Assembly: GCA_964581505.1 (NCBI GenBank) | Contig: CAZOOR010000003.1 | Location: 19,659-83,658, forward strand | Direction: 5' to 3' | From: an uncultured Hyphomicrobiales bacterium | Lineage (GTDB): Bacteria > Bacteroidota > Ignavibacteria > Kapaibacteriales > UBA2268 | Length of the DNA: 64,000 bases | In this document: piece after piece, positions 39,243-48,715 of the stretch | Numbering within the stretch: the first letter of the stretch is position 1 | Layout of the letters: every line of letters begins with the position of its first letter | Notes under the pieces: model-generated | The model's database searches: none | Told to the model about the DNA's origin: nothing | Seen by the model: the letters and a program-made list of their open reading frames with translations, nothing else | Program-made: the position numbers and the translations under genes

Positions 39243-41054
39243 GTGCAAAGACCGGAATCGGTTGTAAAGGAATTAGTGGAAAACTCGCTTGATGCCGGAG
39301 CGGATTCTGTACTTGTACGCGTAAAAGATGCCGGCAAACAATTACTGCATATTGTTGATAACGGGAGTGGAATGAGCAAGGAGGATTTATTGCTCTCAAT
39401 CACTCGCCACGCTACAAGTAAGATTTTAACTATCGAAGACCTTGAATTAATTAAATCCTATGGTTTTCGTGGTGAGGCTCTTGCTTCCATTGCCGCTGTT
39501 TCAAATCTCGAAATTCGTTCCCGTATTGCCGGTTCCGAACATGGCTGGAAATTGACAGTAGAGCCTATGGGTGAGCCGAATATTCAACCCGTGCAAATGG
39601 ACAAGGGGACACAGGTCTTTGTGCGTAACCTATTCTACAACCTACCTGCACGGCGTAAATTTTTGAAATCAAATTTAACGGAATTTAGATATATAGCCGA
39701 TACTATGCTGAAATTCGGTTTATCTGCGATTGATAGTAGGCTTACTTTCTATGATGATGAAAAACTTATATTCGATGTCAAGAAAGGGACACTGCTCGAA
39801 AGAATAAATACATTGATGGGTGAAAATACGGCAAATTCCGTTATCAAACTTGACTATGCTACAAATGATATTAAGATATGGGGCTATGCCGGCAAACCGC
39901 AGCTTGCAAAAAAATCACGGAGCAATCAATATCTCTTTCTCAATGGACGGAGTATTATCAGCAAGTCGCTTAACCACGCTGTATTTTCTGCATTCGAGCA
40001 TTTGCTGGAAAAAAGCGCCCATCCGTTTTTTGTTATCAATATTGAAATTAATACTGATAAATATGACGTCAATGTACATCCGCAGAAGCACGAAGTAAAG
40101 TTTGAAGACGAAAGAATTGTTTACTCTGCAATCAGACGGGCTGTCTCAAACGCTTTGAATGAAAATAATATGACTCCGTCAATTAATTTGGACACTACCG
40201 CTACTGCCGGTATGCCGCGATTTACGTTGTCCAATACAGCCGACAACAATCCTGCATTAATCAATAAGGAAACCGGTGAAATTATTGAATCACAGAGAAA
40301 AAGCGATTCATTTACTAATAAGCACACGGATAAGTTCTTGACTCGTGATTTCAAACCAAGTGTTAAGCCGGCGGAGATTGCTTCCGTATTGACGGCATTT
40401 GATGCGGTTTTTGCCAAAAGCGATAATAATATAATTGAACCCGAGCAAACAGTGGCGTTTAATAATCAACCCGTTATTGATTCAGCTCAATTTTTCTGGC
40501 AATTGCATTCCAAGTATATTTTTGCCCAGACCGAAGATGGCTGCATTGTGATAGACCAGCATGCGGCACACGAAAGAATTATTTATGAAAAAGCCTTGGC
40601 AATGATGAATAATCATTTTGCTCAAACTCAGGAAGTCCTTTTTCCTATTGATATATCTTTAACCCCCAGCGAAATGAGTTTTGCAAAGGAAATAAAAACG
40701 GAGCTTACTCAATTGGGATATATTTTCGAGTTGATTGAACCTAACAAGGCGATACTGAGCGGAGTGCCGATAGATGTTGCCGGAAATGAGGAAACGAGAA
40801 CTTTTAAAGAAATAATTGAATTATTTGAAGAAGAACAGAAAATAAGAAGCACAAATAAACGTGATAACTTAGCAGCATCATTTGCTTGTAAAGCCGCAAT
40901 CAAGACGGGCAAAACATTAAGCCAAGATGAGATGCTGAATTTATTTAATGATTTGATGAAATGCAATGTCCCCTATGCCTGTCCGCATGGCAGACCTGTT
41001 ATATTGAATTTCAAACTAACTGATTTTGATAAAAAGTTTGGCAGATTACTGTAG
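39243..41054 (+). CDS. mutL: DNA mismatch repair protein MutL. Annotated from first canonical start (GTG 39243); conserved N-terminus continues upstream to ~39192 with no canonical start codon.
   Basis: ELVENSLDAGA, DNGSGM, GFRGEALASI GHKL motifs and C-terminal dimerisation domain. The in-frame upstream translation ...KITILPEFIANQIAAGEVV matches the invariant MutL N-terminus. Confidence 0.9.
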   Translation: MQRPESVVKELVENSLDAGADSVLVRVKDAGKQLLHIVDNGSGMSKEDLLLSITRHATSKILTIEDLELIKSYGFRGEALASIAAVSNLEIRSRIAGSEHGWKLTVEPMGEPNIQPVQMDKGTQVFVRNLFYNLPARRKFLKSNLTEFRYIADTMLKFGLSAIDSRLTFYDDEKLIFDVKKGTLLERINTLMGENTANSVIKLDYATNDIKIWGYAGKPQLAKKSRSNQYLFLNGRSIISKSLNHAVFSAFEHLLEKSAHPFFVINIEINTDKYDVNVHPQKHEVKFEDERIVYSAIRRAVSNALNENNMTPSINLDTTATAGMPRFTLSNTADNNPALINKETGEIIESQRKSDSFTNKHTDKFLTRDFKPSVKPAEIASVLTAFDAVFAKSDNNIIEPEQTVAFNNQPVIDSAQFFWQLHSKYIFAQTEDGCIVIDQHAAHERIIYEKALAMMNNHFAQTQEVLFPIDISLTPSEMSFAKEIKTELTQLGYIFELIEPNKAILSGVPIDVAGNEETRTFKEIIELFEEEQKIRSTNKRDNLAASFACKAAIKTGKTLSQDEMLNLFNDLMKCNVPYACPHGRPVILNFKLTDFDKKFGRLL

Positions 41055-41060
41055 AATTTT

Positions 41061-42596
41061 ATGATAGAAAAAGTACGACCTAAAAGAAAAAGAAGAAGTG
41101 CATTAAATGTTGTAGCCGCCGCTACCAGTGCCGATGATTCAATCATTATTGCAGAACCTATGCTTAAGCAAATCGGCAAAATTGCAGACCAATTAAATGT
41201 CGAGATTTATATTGTCGGCGGATATGTTCGTGATTATTATCTGAAGAAAAAGCGAACGGATTTTGATTTTACTATTGTCGGCGATGCTCTTGAATTTGCT
41301 AAGGAAATTGCAAAAATATTTAAATCGAAAGCAATTACTTTTCCTAAATTCAGAACGGCTATGGTGCCTATCGGTAAGTATAAGTTCGAGTTTGTAGGCA
41401 CTCGCAAGGAGGAATATAAATCCAACAGTCGCAAGCCGATTGTTACAATAGGCACATTGGAAGATGACTTACGCCGTAGAGACTTTACGATTAATGCTAT
41501 TGCCGTCAGCTTGAACAAAGATAATTTTGGTAAAGTTACCGATAAATTTAATGGTCTGACAGATATTAGGTCGAAAATATTAAAAACACCATTAGACCCA
41601 CCGACAACTTTTACAGATGACCCTTTGCGTATGTTGCGTGCTATTCGATTTGCTTCCCAACTTGGTTTTCTGATTCATCAGGCTTGTTATTTTGCTATCA
41701 AGCGATTGGCAACACGAATTGAAATTATTTCGCAGGAGCGTATCAGAGATGAATTCCTAAAAATACTTGCATCTCCAAAGCCAAGCCATGGGCTGTATAT
41801 GCTACACGATACGGGTTTGATGAAATTAATCTTCCCCGAATTAGCGGCTTTGGCGGGGGTCGAGGAAAAAAATATTGACGGACGCGTTTTCAAACATAAA
41901 GACGTTTTGCTTCATACTTTCCAAGTAGTAGATAATCTTGCGGAACAGACCGATAATATTTGGTTGAAGTTTGCCGCATTGATGCATGACATTGCTAAAC
42001 CTATTACAAAGCGTTTTAATGAGAATACAGGTTGGACATTCCACGGTCATGAGGAACTCGGAGCAAGGCACGTAGAGCGTGTTTTCAGACGTATGAGATT
42101 ACCTATGGACAAAGTAGAATATGTCGAGAAACTTGTTCGGCTTCATCAGCGTCCAATGGCACTTGTGGACCATGGTGTTACTGATTCTGCCGTTAGACGC
42201 CTCGCATTCCATGCCGGTGGCGCCCTGGAAGATTTATTCCTTCTATGCAAAGCGGATATTACTACAAACAATCCGCGTCTTTCTTTTAAGTATTTCCAGA
42301 ATTATGAAAGTGTTTTTCAGAAAGTTCTCACTGTACAGGAAAAGGACAAATTGCGTGAGTTCCAATCTCCTGTTAGAGGTGATGAGATTATGGAAATTAC
42401 AGGTTTACCGCCCTCAAGAGTAATAGGTCAGCTTAAAACACGGATTGAAGAAGCTATTCTTGACGGGATTATTCCTAATGAGTATGAACCCGCAAAGGAA
42501 TACTTTATTAAGAATAAAGATAAATGGCTCATTGATTTATTGCCACCTGTCGTTGATGATGATGATGAAAATATAGAAAAGAGAAGTAAACCCTAA
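41061..42596 (+). CDS. cca: CCA tRNA nucleotidyltransferase / poly(A) polymerase family with HD domain
   Basis: IVGGYVRDYYLKKKRTDFDFT (Pol-beta head GG..RD...D.D) ...DDLRRRDFTINAIA, then HD-domain motifs (LMHDIAKP, HGHEELGA). Confidence 0.8.
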   Translation: MIEKVRPKRKRRSALNVVAAATSADDSIIIAEPMLKQIGKIADQLNVEIYIVGGYVRDYYLKKKRTDFDFTIVGDALEFAKEIAKIFKSKAITFPKFRTAMVPIGKYKFEFVGTRKEEYKSNSRKPIVTIGTLEDDLRRRDFTINAIAVSLNKDNFGKVTDKFNGLTDIRSKILKTPLDPPTTFTDDPLRMLRAIRFASQLGFLIHQACYFAIKRLATRIEIISQERIRDEFLKILASPKPSHGLYMLHDTGLMKLIFPELAALAGVEEKNIDGRVFKHKDVLLHTFQVVDNLAEQTDNIWLKFAALMHDIAKPITKRFNENTGWTFHGHEELGARHVERVFRRMRLPMDKVEYVEKLVRLHQRPMALVDHGVTDSAVRRLAFHAGGALEDLFLLCKADITTNNPRLSFKYFQNYESVFQKVLTVQEKDKLREFQSPVRGDEIMEITGLPPSRVIGQLKTRIEEAILDGIIPNEYEPAKEYFIKNKDKWLIDLLPPVVDDDDENIEKRSKP

Positions 42597-43486
42597 ATTC
42601 TTGCCCGTTTTGACAAAAATTTTCGTAATGCTTTGTCGAATGTGTCAGATGTAGTAATTAAATTATAGTCTATATTATGATTATAACATTCCTTTTGGAT
42701 ATTATGTATATATGTATCCACGGCGGCTTTATATGATTTGCGTATTTGGTAGGGCTGTGTTATCATTTCTTCTTCACTCTCCATATCTACAAAATTTGCA
42801 CTGCTACCGAACTTAAATTCAATTTCCTGTGGGTCGAGAATATGGAAAACGACAACTTCGTGATTTCTATGGCGAAAATGCTTTAAGGCGTTTGTTACAG
42901 ATATATCATCATCAAGGAAATCGCTCATTATTACAACCAAACTGCGGCGGTTGATTCTTTCGGCAAGTTCGTCTAATGCCGCCGAAGTACCGGTCTGCTC
43001 GGAGGGTTCCGTGCTATCCAGTGTTTTTAATATTTCATATAGATATGAAGTCTTTGAGCGGGGTGGTAGGAATGTTTTTAGATTTGTGTCGTAAAGAGCC
43101 AGACCAACTGCATCTCGCTGCTTAGTGAGCATATAGGATAATGCGGCGGCAAGATAGATGGAGTACTCGAATTTAGATATATTGCCTTCGGACGCATATT
43201 TCATTGAGGCGCTTTTATCAACCGCTATCATACAACGAAGATTTGTTTCTTCTTCATATTGCTTAATGAAATATTTATCCGTCCTACCATATACCTTCCA
43301 ATCAATATGCTTTACTTCGTCTCCGGGATAGTATTGGCGATGTTCTGAAAATTCAACACTGAAGCCATGATAAGGTGAACGGTGTAAACCGGTGATAAAA
43401 CCTTCTACCACCAACTTTGCCTTCAATTCGATTTTTTTCAATCTGGCAATTGTTTTCGGATTTAGATATTTTCTGTAATCATCCAT
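42593..43486 (-). CDS. DUF58 domain protein (vWA-like; the usual MoxR-ATPase partner family)
   Basis: GLHRSPYHGFSVEFSEHRQYYPGDEVKHIDWKVYGRTDKYFIKQYEEE and MIDAS-like AVDKSAS. Its ATG is immediately adjacent to the lon stop codon. Confidence 0.85.
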   Translation of the reverse strand: MDDYRKYLNPKTIARLKKIELKAKLVVEGFITGLHRSPYHGFSVEFSEHRQYYPGDEVKHIDWKVYGRTDKYFIKQYEEETNLRCMIAVDKSASMKYASEGNISKFEYSIYLAAALSYMLTKQRDAVGLALYDTNLKTFLPPRSKTSYLYEILKTLDSTEPSEQTGTSAALDELAERINRRSLVVIMSDFLDDDISVTNALKHFRHRNHEVVVFHILDPQEIEFKFGSSANFVDMESEEEMITQPYQIRKSYKAAVDTYIHNIQKECYNHNIDYNLITTSDTFDKALRKFLSKRARI

Positions 43487-45952
43487 CTATTTTTTGCTTT
43501 TTCGGTTTTTGCCATCTCTGAATACATAAGGTATAGCATCTTTATAAGTTTTGATTGGTATAATATCCAATCCTTTTTTAACATAATCATTTATTTCGTC
43601 AATATCATTTTTATTGTCAAAAGGAATGAGAACCGTCTTGATACCTATTCTTTTGGCGGCGAGCAACTTCTCATTCAATCCGCCGATTGGCAGTATGTTA
43701 CCACGCAATGTGATTTCACCTGTCATTGCTACATCTCCGGCAACTTTCATATTAGTTGCGGCAGAAATTAGCGCAGTTGCCATTGTTATTCCCGCAGAAG
43801 GTCCGTCTTTTGGAATTGCACCCTCGGGTATATGTATATGTATCTCTTTCTTTGTAAAGAAATCATCATCAATTTTGAATAATGAGGCATTGGCACGAAT
43901 ATACGATAATGCCGCTCTGGCGGATTCTTTCATTACATCGCCGAGTTTTCCGGTGAGTATTAATTTTTCGGCACCGGACATAATGGTTACTTCAATCGGT
44001 AAAATTTCGCCGCCTACACTCGTCCAAGCAAGTCCGGTTGCAACACCGATTTTATCAATTAATTTTTCTTGTCGGTCTTTATATCTCGGTTTCTTCAAAT
44101 ATTCAATAATCTTCTTATCATCAATTTTGAATGTACGTCTTTTTATTGATTTTTGAAAATCAGGGTGAGCTGATAATGCGGTTTCCTTAGCTTCTTTGAT
44201 TTTCTTTTTGGAGTAATAATCTTGAACAATATCTTTGGCAAGTTTCCTAAGGACCGAGGCAAGTTCTCTCTCTAAATTTCTGACACCGGCTTCGCGAGTG
44301 TATTCGCGAATAATTTTATTAATTGCTTTATCTGTGAATGAAACTTTGAGATTATCAAGTTTGAATTCCTGCAACAGTTTAGGAATGATATGTCGCTTGG
44401 CGATTTCCAATTTCTCAGGCTGAAGGTAGCTGTTCAAATGAATTATTTCCATTCTATCCTGCAAAGGAAGCGGAATGTCGTATTGCACATTTGCCGTTGT
44501 GATAAATAATACATTTGATAAATCATAATCTACTTCGAGGTAATGGTCGTTAAAGGCGATATTTTGTTCCGGATCCAAAACCTCCAACAATGCAGAGGAA
44601 GGGTCGCCCCGAAAATCCATAGACATTTTATCAATTTCATCAAGCAATATAACCGGATTAGTCGTTCCCGCTTTTTTCATAGATTGGACAATCTTACCGG
44701 GCAATGCTCCGATATATGTACGCCTATGTCCTCGTATCTCCGCTTCATCTCTAATCCCACCTAAGGAGAACCTGACGAATTTCCTATTTAAGGCACGTGC
44801 AATAGAGCGCCCCAATGACGTTTTGCCAACACCCGGAGGTCCCACAAAGCATAGGATTTGCCTCTTAATACTACCTGCTAAATTCAATACGGCTATAAAT
44901 TCCGTTATACGCTCTTTGGGTTTTTCCAAATTGTAGTGGTCTTCGTCCAGAATATTTTTAACATGTTCAATGTTCAGATTATCCATTGTTTTATTGCTCC
45001 AAGGCACCTGAGTCAGCCACTCGATATAAGTCCTATTAACAGAATACTCGGGGGACATCGGTGGAATTTTTTTCAATTTATCAAGTTCCTCTTTTGCCTT
45101 ATCCTTTGCCGCTTTCGGCATACCTGCTTTTTCGATTGCTTCACGCAAAATCGCAATGTCCGGTGCCGCTTCGTCATCTTCGCCGAGTTCGTCCTGCAAG
45201 ACTCGTATTTGCTCTTGTATATAGAATTTTCTTTGTGTCTGTTGTATTGTATTACTTACTTTTTCATCGACTTCCTGCTCAATTTGCATAAGTTCTATTT
45301 CAGCCGCTAATATTGTTGATAATTTGAAGTATTGCGCTTTTAGTGATTTTTGCTCCAAAATAGATTGCATTACTTCAATCTTTTCATTGATATTGGCGGC
45401 GGCAAAATACAATTTACGCTCAGGTGATTCGATATTCTCGAATGCCGATATTAAATCCTGTGGAAGCTTAGAGTTGCTTTTTACATAAGTAGAAAACAAA
45501 TTTGACGTATGCCGGACGATTGCCGTAAATTCGGTACTTTCTTCTTCATCTGCTATTGGCACTTGCTCAATAATTCCTTTTAAGCATTCATCAGATTTTA
45601 GTTTCCGTTTGATTTTCGATACAAATAATCCTTCGACAAGAACTTTTAACAGATTGTTTGGTAGTTTCAACACTTGAATAATCTTTGCAGTTGTACCGTA
45701 TTTGTATATATCGTCAAATTCCGGTTCTTCTGTATCCGAGCTTTTCTGTGCAGTAACAAAAATAAATTTATCCTTCTCAACGGCTTCGGCTACTGCTTTC
45801 AGCGATGTAGAGCGACCGATGAGGACAGGAAAAATCATATATGGGAAAATAATATTATCACGCAAAGGAAGGATTGTCAATTTTTTTGGTATTGCCTGAT
45901 AATCCATTTCAGCTTTTTCCATTTCAACAATTATATCAAACGGTTTTTTCAT
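43487..45952 (-). CDS. lon: ATP-dependent endopeptidase La (LonA)
   Basis: N-terminal LON substrate-binding domain (LTILPLRDNIIFPYMIFPVLIGR). Walker A GPPGVGKTS. Protease motif KDGPSAGITMATALIS and GGLNEKLLAA; 821 aa. Confidence 0.95.
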   Translation of the reverse strand: MKKPFDIIVEMEKAEMDYQAIPKKLTILPLRDNIIFPYMIFPVLIGRSTSLKAVAEAVEKDKFIFVTAQKSSDTEEPEFDDIYKYGTTAKIIQVLKLPNNLLKVLVEGLFVSKIKRKLKSDECLKGIIEQVPIADEEESTEFTAIVRHTSNLFSTYVKSNSKLPQDLISAFENIESPERKLYFAAANINEKIEVMQSILEQKSLKAQYFKLSTILAAEIELMQIEQEVDEKVSNTIQQTQRKFYIQEQIRVLQDELGEDDEAAPDIAILREAIEKAGMPKAAKDKAKEELDKLKKIPPMSPEYSVNRTYIEWLTQVPWSNKTMDNLNIEHVKNILDEDHYNLEKPKERITEFIAVLNLAGSIKRQILCFVGPPGVGKTSLGRSIARALNRKFVRFSLGGIRDEAEIRGHRRTYIGALPGKIVQSMKKAGTTNPVILLDEIDKMSMDFRGDPSSALLEVLDPEQNIAFNDHYLEVDYDLSNVLFITTANVQYDIPLPLQDRMEIIHLNSYLQPEKLEIAKRHIIPKLLQEFKLDNLKVSFTDKAINKIIREYTREAGVRNLERELASVLRKLAKDIVQDYYSKKKIKEAKETALSAHPDFQKSIKRRTFKIDDKKIIEYLKKPRYKDRQEKLIDKIGVATGLAWTSVGGEILPIEVTIMSGAEKLILTGKLGDVMKESARAALSYIRANASLFKIDDDFFTKKEIHIHIPEGAIPKDGPSAGITMATALISAATNMKVAGDVAMTGEITLRGNILPIGGLNEKLLAAKRIGIKTVLIPFDNKNDIDEINDYVKKGLDIIPIKTYKDAIPYVFRDGKNRKSKK

Positions 45953-46023
45953 TTCTCACTTATTAATTATTATCATATTCAGTTTTATATTGATGAAAGA
46001 AGCAGACATTTATTTTATAAAAA

Positions 46024-46051
46024 AAGGCACACGATAAAAACCGTATGCCTT
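46024..46051 (-). terminator. Rho-independent terminator for the MFS transporter gene (minus strand)
   Basis: aaggca...tgcctt stem with a 16-nt loop. On the minus strand it is followed by a U-run (plus-strand aaaaaaaa at ~46017-46025). Confidence 0.5.
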
Positions 46052-46070
46052 ATGTAAATAAAAGATATTA

Positions 46071-47477
46071 CTATTCCGCTTGCTTAATATTCGGTAGTTC
46101 AAGTCCATATCCCTTGATTCTATCCTCACGCTTAAGCAAAATAGCAACAACCACGGCAAGAATACCTATTACTGCAAATATCAACATAGGTAGTGTATAA
46201 TCGTAAGTAGGTCTTGTAAGTCCGTTTTCGGTTATCTCGCCTGTAATGCAATATTTCTCCAAAACAATACCAATTACAAAAGGTACGCCCATAAGTCCCC
46301 AATTTTGAACCCAGAAAATTAATGAGTATGCAGTACCAAGTTGTTTCTCGGGTATAATTTTCGGTACAGAAGGCCACATTGCCGATGGAACAAGAGAAAG
46401 AGCAACACCTAATAACATAACTAAAATAACAGCAACAATCCAGTGTTCAAATAATGGCAATGTGAATACACCGTGAATGAATACAAGCATTGCCGCACCA
46501 ATAATCATAATTGTTGCTCCCTTGCCTTTTTTGTCATAATATGCCCCAAATAAAGGAGTAAGGAATAAAGTTCCTAATGGTAAAAGGCTGGGTATATAAC
46601 CAGCTGTCTCGGGTGAAATTGAATATTTATTTACCATTAAGTCGGCGGCATATTTCAAGAATGGGAACACTGCCGAATAAAATAAAACACAAAGCAAAGC
46701 AATTAACCAAAATCCCTTGTTTGTAATTATCATTTTTATATCGCTAAGTTTGAAAGCTTCTTCTTCAACTTTTTCGCCACTATCGGCTATTGATTTATCA
46801 AGTTTCTTATCCATTCCATTGTAAACGAAGAAAGCAAGCAAGCCGATAACGAGTAAAACAAGAGCAAAAAGTAATGGAGCGGAAACATTATCAAAATAAG
46901 TAGCGATAGGTACAGGTGCCGCCATTGCCATCATTGTGCCAATTCTTGCAACAGCCATTTGCATACCCATTGCGAGCGCCATTTCATAACCTTTAAACCA
47001 TTTAACTATTATTTTTGATACCGTAATACCTGCTACTTCGACACCAACAGCAAAAATCGCAAAACCGCCTGCCGCAAGAGCAACCTGAGATGGAAGTCCC
47101 AAAATCATTGAACCTGCTGTAAAATCAGTTGAAATAGCATAGTATTTCAATGATGCACCGATAACCATAATTGAGGCGGACATAATACCGGTAAAACGTA
47201 AGCCCATTTTGTCAAGAATAATTCCGCCGATAATAAGAAAAAAGAAAAATACATTAAGCCAACCATAGGCACTTGTAAATATTCCGTATTGAGCGCTTGT
47301 CCAATGCAATTGTGATTCCAGCATTGGTTTCAAGGGCGACATAGCATCGGTTAAAAAATATCCGGCAAACATTGTAATTGAGACAATACCGAGTGTAAGC
47401 CATCTCGTTGCTTTATTATCTCTAATCGTATTTGATAAAGCTTCTGTCATAAATCTAAACAAAATATAGTTAAACAA
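46071..47477 (-). CDS. MFS transporter
   Basis: 12 predicted TM helices in a 6+6 arrangement with a central charged loop (KKLDKSIADSGEKVEEEAFK); 468 aa. Substrate unknown. Confidence 0.75.
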   Translation of the reverse strand: MFNYILFRFMTEALSNTIRDNKATRWLTLGIVSITMFAGYFLTDAMSPLKPMLESQLHWTSAQYGIFTSAYGWLNVFFFFLIIGGIILDKMGLRFTGIMSASIMVIGASLKYYAISTDFTAGSMILGLPSQVALAAGGFAIFAVGVEVAGITVSKIIVKWFKGYEMALAMGMQMAVARIGTMMAMAAPVPIATYFDNVSAPLLFALVLLVIGLLAFFVYNGMDKKLDKSIADSGEKVEEEAFKLSDIKMIITNKGFWLIALLCVLFYSAVFPFLKYAADLMVNKYSISPETAGYIPSLLPLGTLFLTPLFGAYYDKKGKGATIMIIGAAMLVFIHGVFTLPLFEHWIVAVILVMLLGVALSLVPSAMWPSVPKIIPEKQLGTAYSLIFWVQNWGLMGVPFVIGIVLEKYCITGEITENGLTRPTYDYTLPMLIFAVIGILAVVVAILLKREDRIKGYGLELPNIKQAE

Positions 47478-47722
47478 ATATCATTTAAAACAATTTACAA
47501 ATATTTTATTTGTTATAAAATGATTAATTATTAACATCAAAAAAAAAATTAAAAAATTGAAACAAAGTGAACCGATATGTGTTATTGAATTAGGCAATGT
47601 TAAAAAGCCTTTGATTTTTTTTTGAAATCAAATTTGTGTATTTTTGCACTCGAAATCAGTCAAAAATGACACACATTTATTATATATATCACCTAATTTT
47701 TTGAACATAAGAAAGAGAGAGC

Positions 47723-48688
47723 ATGGAGCTGAACAAAAAGCTAATGGATGCTTCTAAGAAAGCTTTATTTGATTACCTTGGCTTAGCCGAAGACGAAACA
47801 TTATTGGTATTAACAGATGAAAAATTGCAGAATATCGGCAGGCACCTTCAAGAAGCGGCACAAGGTGGCTGTCAGGAAGTTTTCTATCTCGAAATGAAAT
47901 CCCGCGAAATGAACGGGCAAGAGCCGCCTATACAAGTAACCGAGATGATGAAAGGGGTCGATGTTGTTGTTGCTCCTCTCTATCGTTCCATTACTCATAC
48001 TGATGCAAGACGTCTCGCATCAAGATTGGGCGTGCGTGTTGCCACAATGCCTAATATCAGCGAAGATACTATGATTAGATGTCTTAGTGCAAAATCAAGT
48101 AAAATTATTGAAACTACTCAGCTCCTTGCTGAAAAAATGAAGGGCGTACATACAGTCAGGGTTACTACAAAAAAAGGTACAGATGTTACTATGCCTATTG
48201 AGGGTAGAAAGATAATAGCAAGTACCGGTGTCCTGAAAAAAATAGGTGAAAGCGGCAATCTGCCGTCAGGCGAAGTTTTTATCGCTCCTATCGAAGGTGA
48301 AACTTATGGAACGGTTGTCTTCGACGGTTCGTTTGCAAGTATTGGCTTGCTCGATGAAGATATTACCGTCAAAATCGAAAAGGGCTATGCTACATCTATC
48401 GAAGGGGGCGAACAGGCAAAGCAATTGGAAGAAATACTTACAAAAGCCGGACTTGATGCTTTTGCTGTCGGTGAATTCGGTATCGGTACTAATTATAAGG
48501 CTAAACTTACAGGTACAATTCTTGAAGACGAGAAAGTGTTCGGTACAATTCATATTGCTTTTGGTAATAATGTTTCTATGGGTGGAAACATTCGTATTTC
48601 GAGTCATCTGGACGGACTCATTAAGAAGCCGACCGTATATTTTGATGATGAAATGATTATGGACAAAGGTAAATTAGTCGTCAAATAG
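47723..48688 (+). CDS. aminopeptidase, M29 (AmpS/aminopeptidase T)-like family
   Basis: C-terminal region GEVFIAPIEGETYGTVVFDGSF...GEFGIGTNYKA...GTIHIAFGNN resembles the thermophilic metalloprotease M29 family. Assignment is moderate. Confidence 0.5.
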   Translation: MELNKKLMDASKKALFDYLGLAEDETLLVLTDEKLQNIGRHLQEAAQGGCQEVFYLEMKSREMNGQEPPIQVTEMMKGVDVVVAPLYRSITHTDARRLASRLGVRVATMPNISEDTMIRCLSAKSSKIIETTQLLAEKMKGVHTVRVTTKKGTDVTMPIEGRKIIASTGVLKKIGESGNLPSGEVFIAPIEGETYGTVVFDGSFASIGLLDEDITVKIEKGYATSIEGGEQAKQLEEILTKAGLDAFAVGEFGIGTNYKAKLTGTILEDEKVFGTIHIAFGNNVSMGGNIRISSHLDGLIKKPTVYFDDEMIMDKGKLVVK

Positions 48689-48715
48689 ATTATTTATTAT
48701 TGGGAATAGATTGAT

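Noticed and set aside
43487-45952. Lon catalytic-lysine region reads GGLNEK rather than the textbook GGLKEK (same NEK in the LonC-like gene)
   Set aside because: The Lys immediately preceding LLAA/ITGF is retained, and I believe that is the catalytic residue. Not flagged as an inactive protease.
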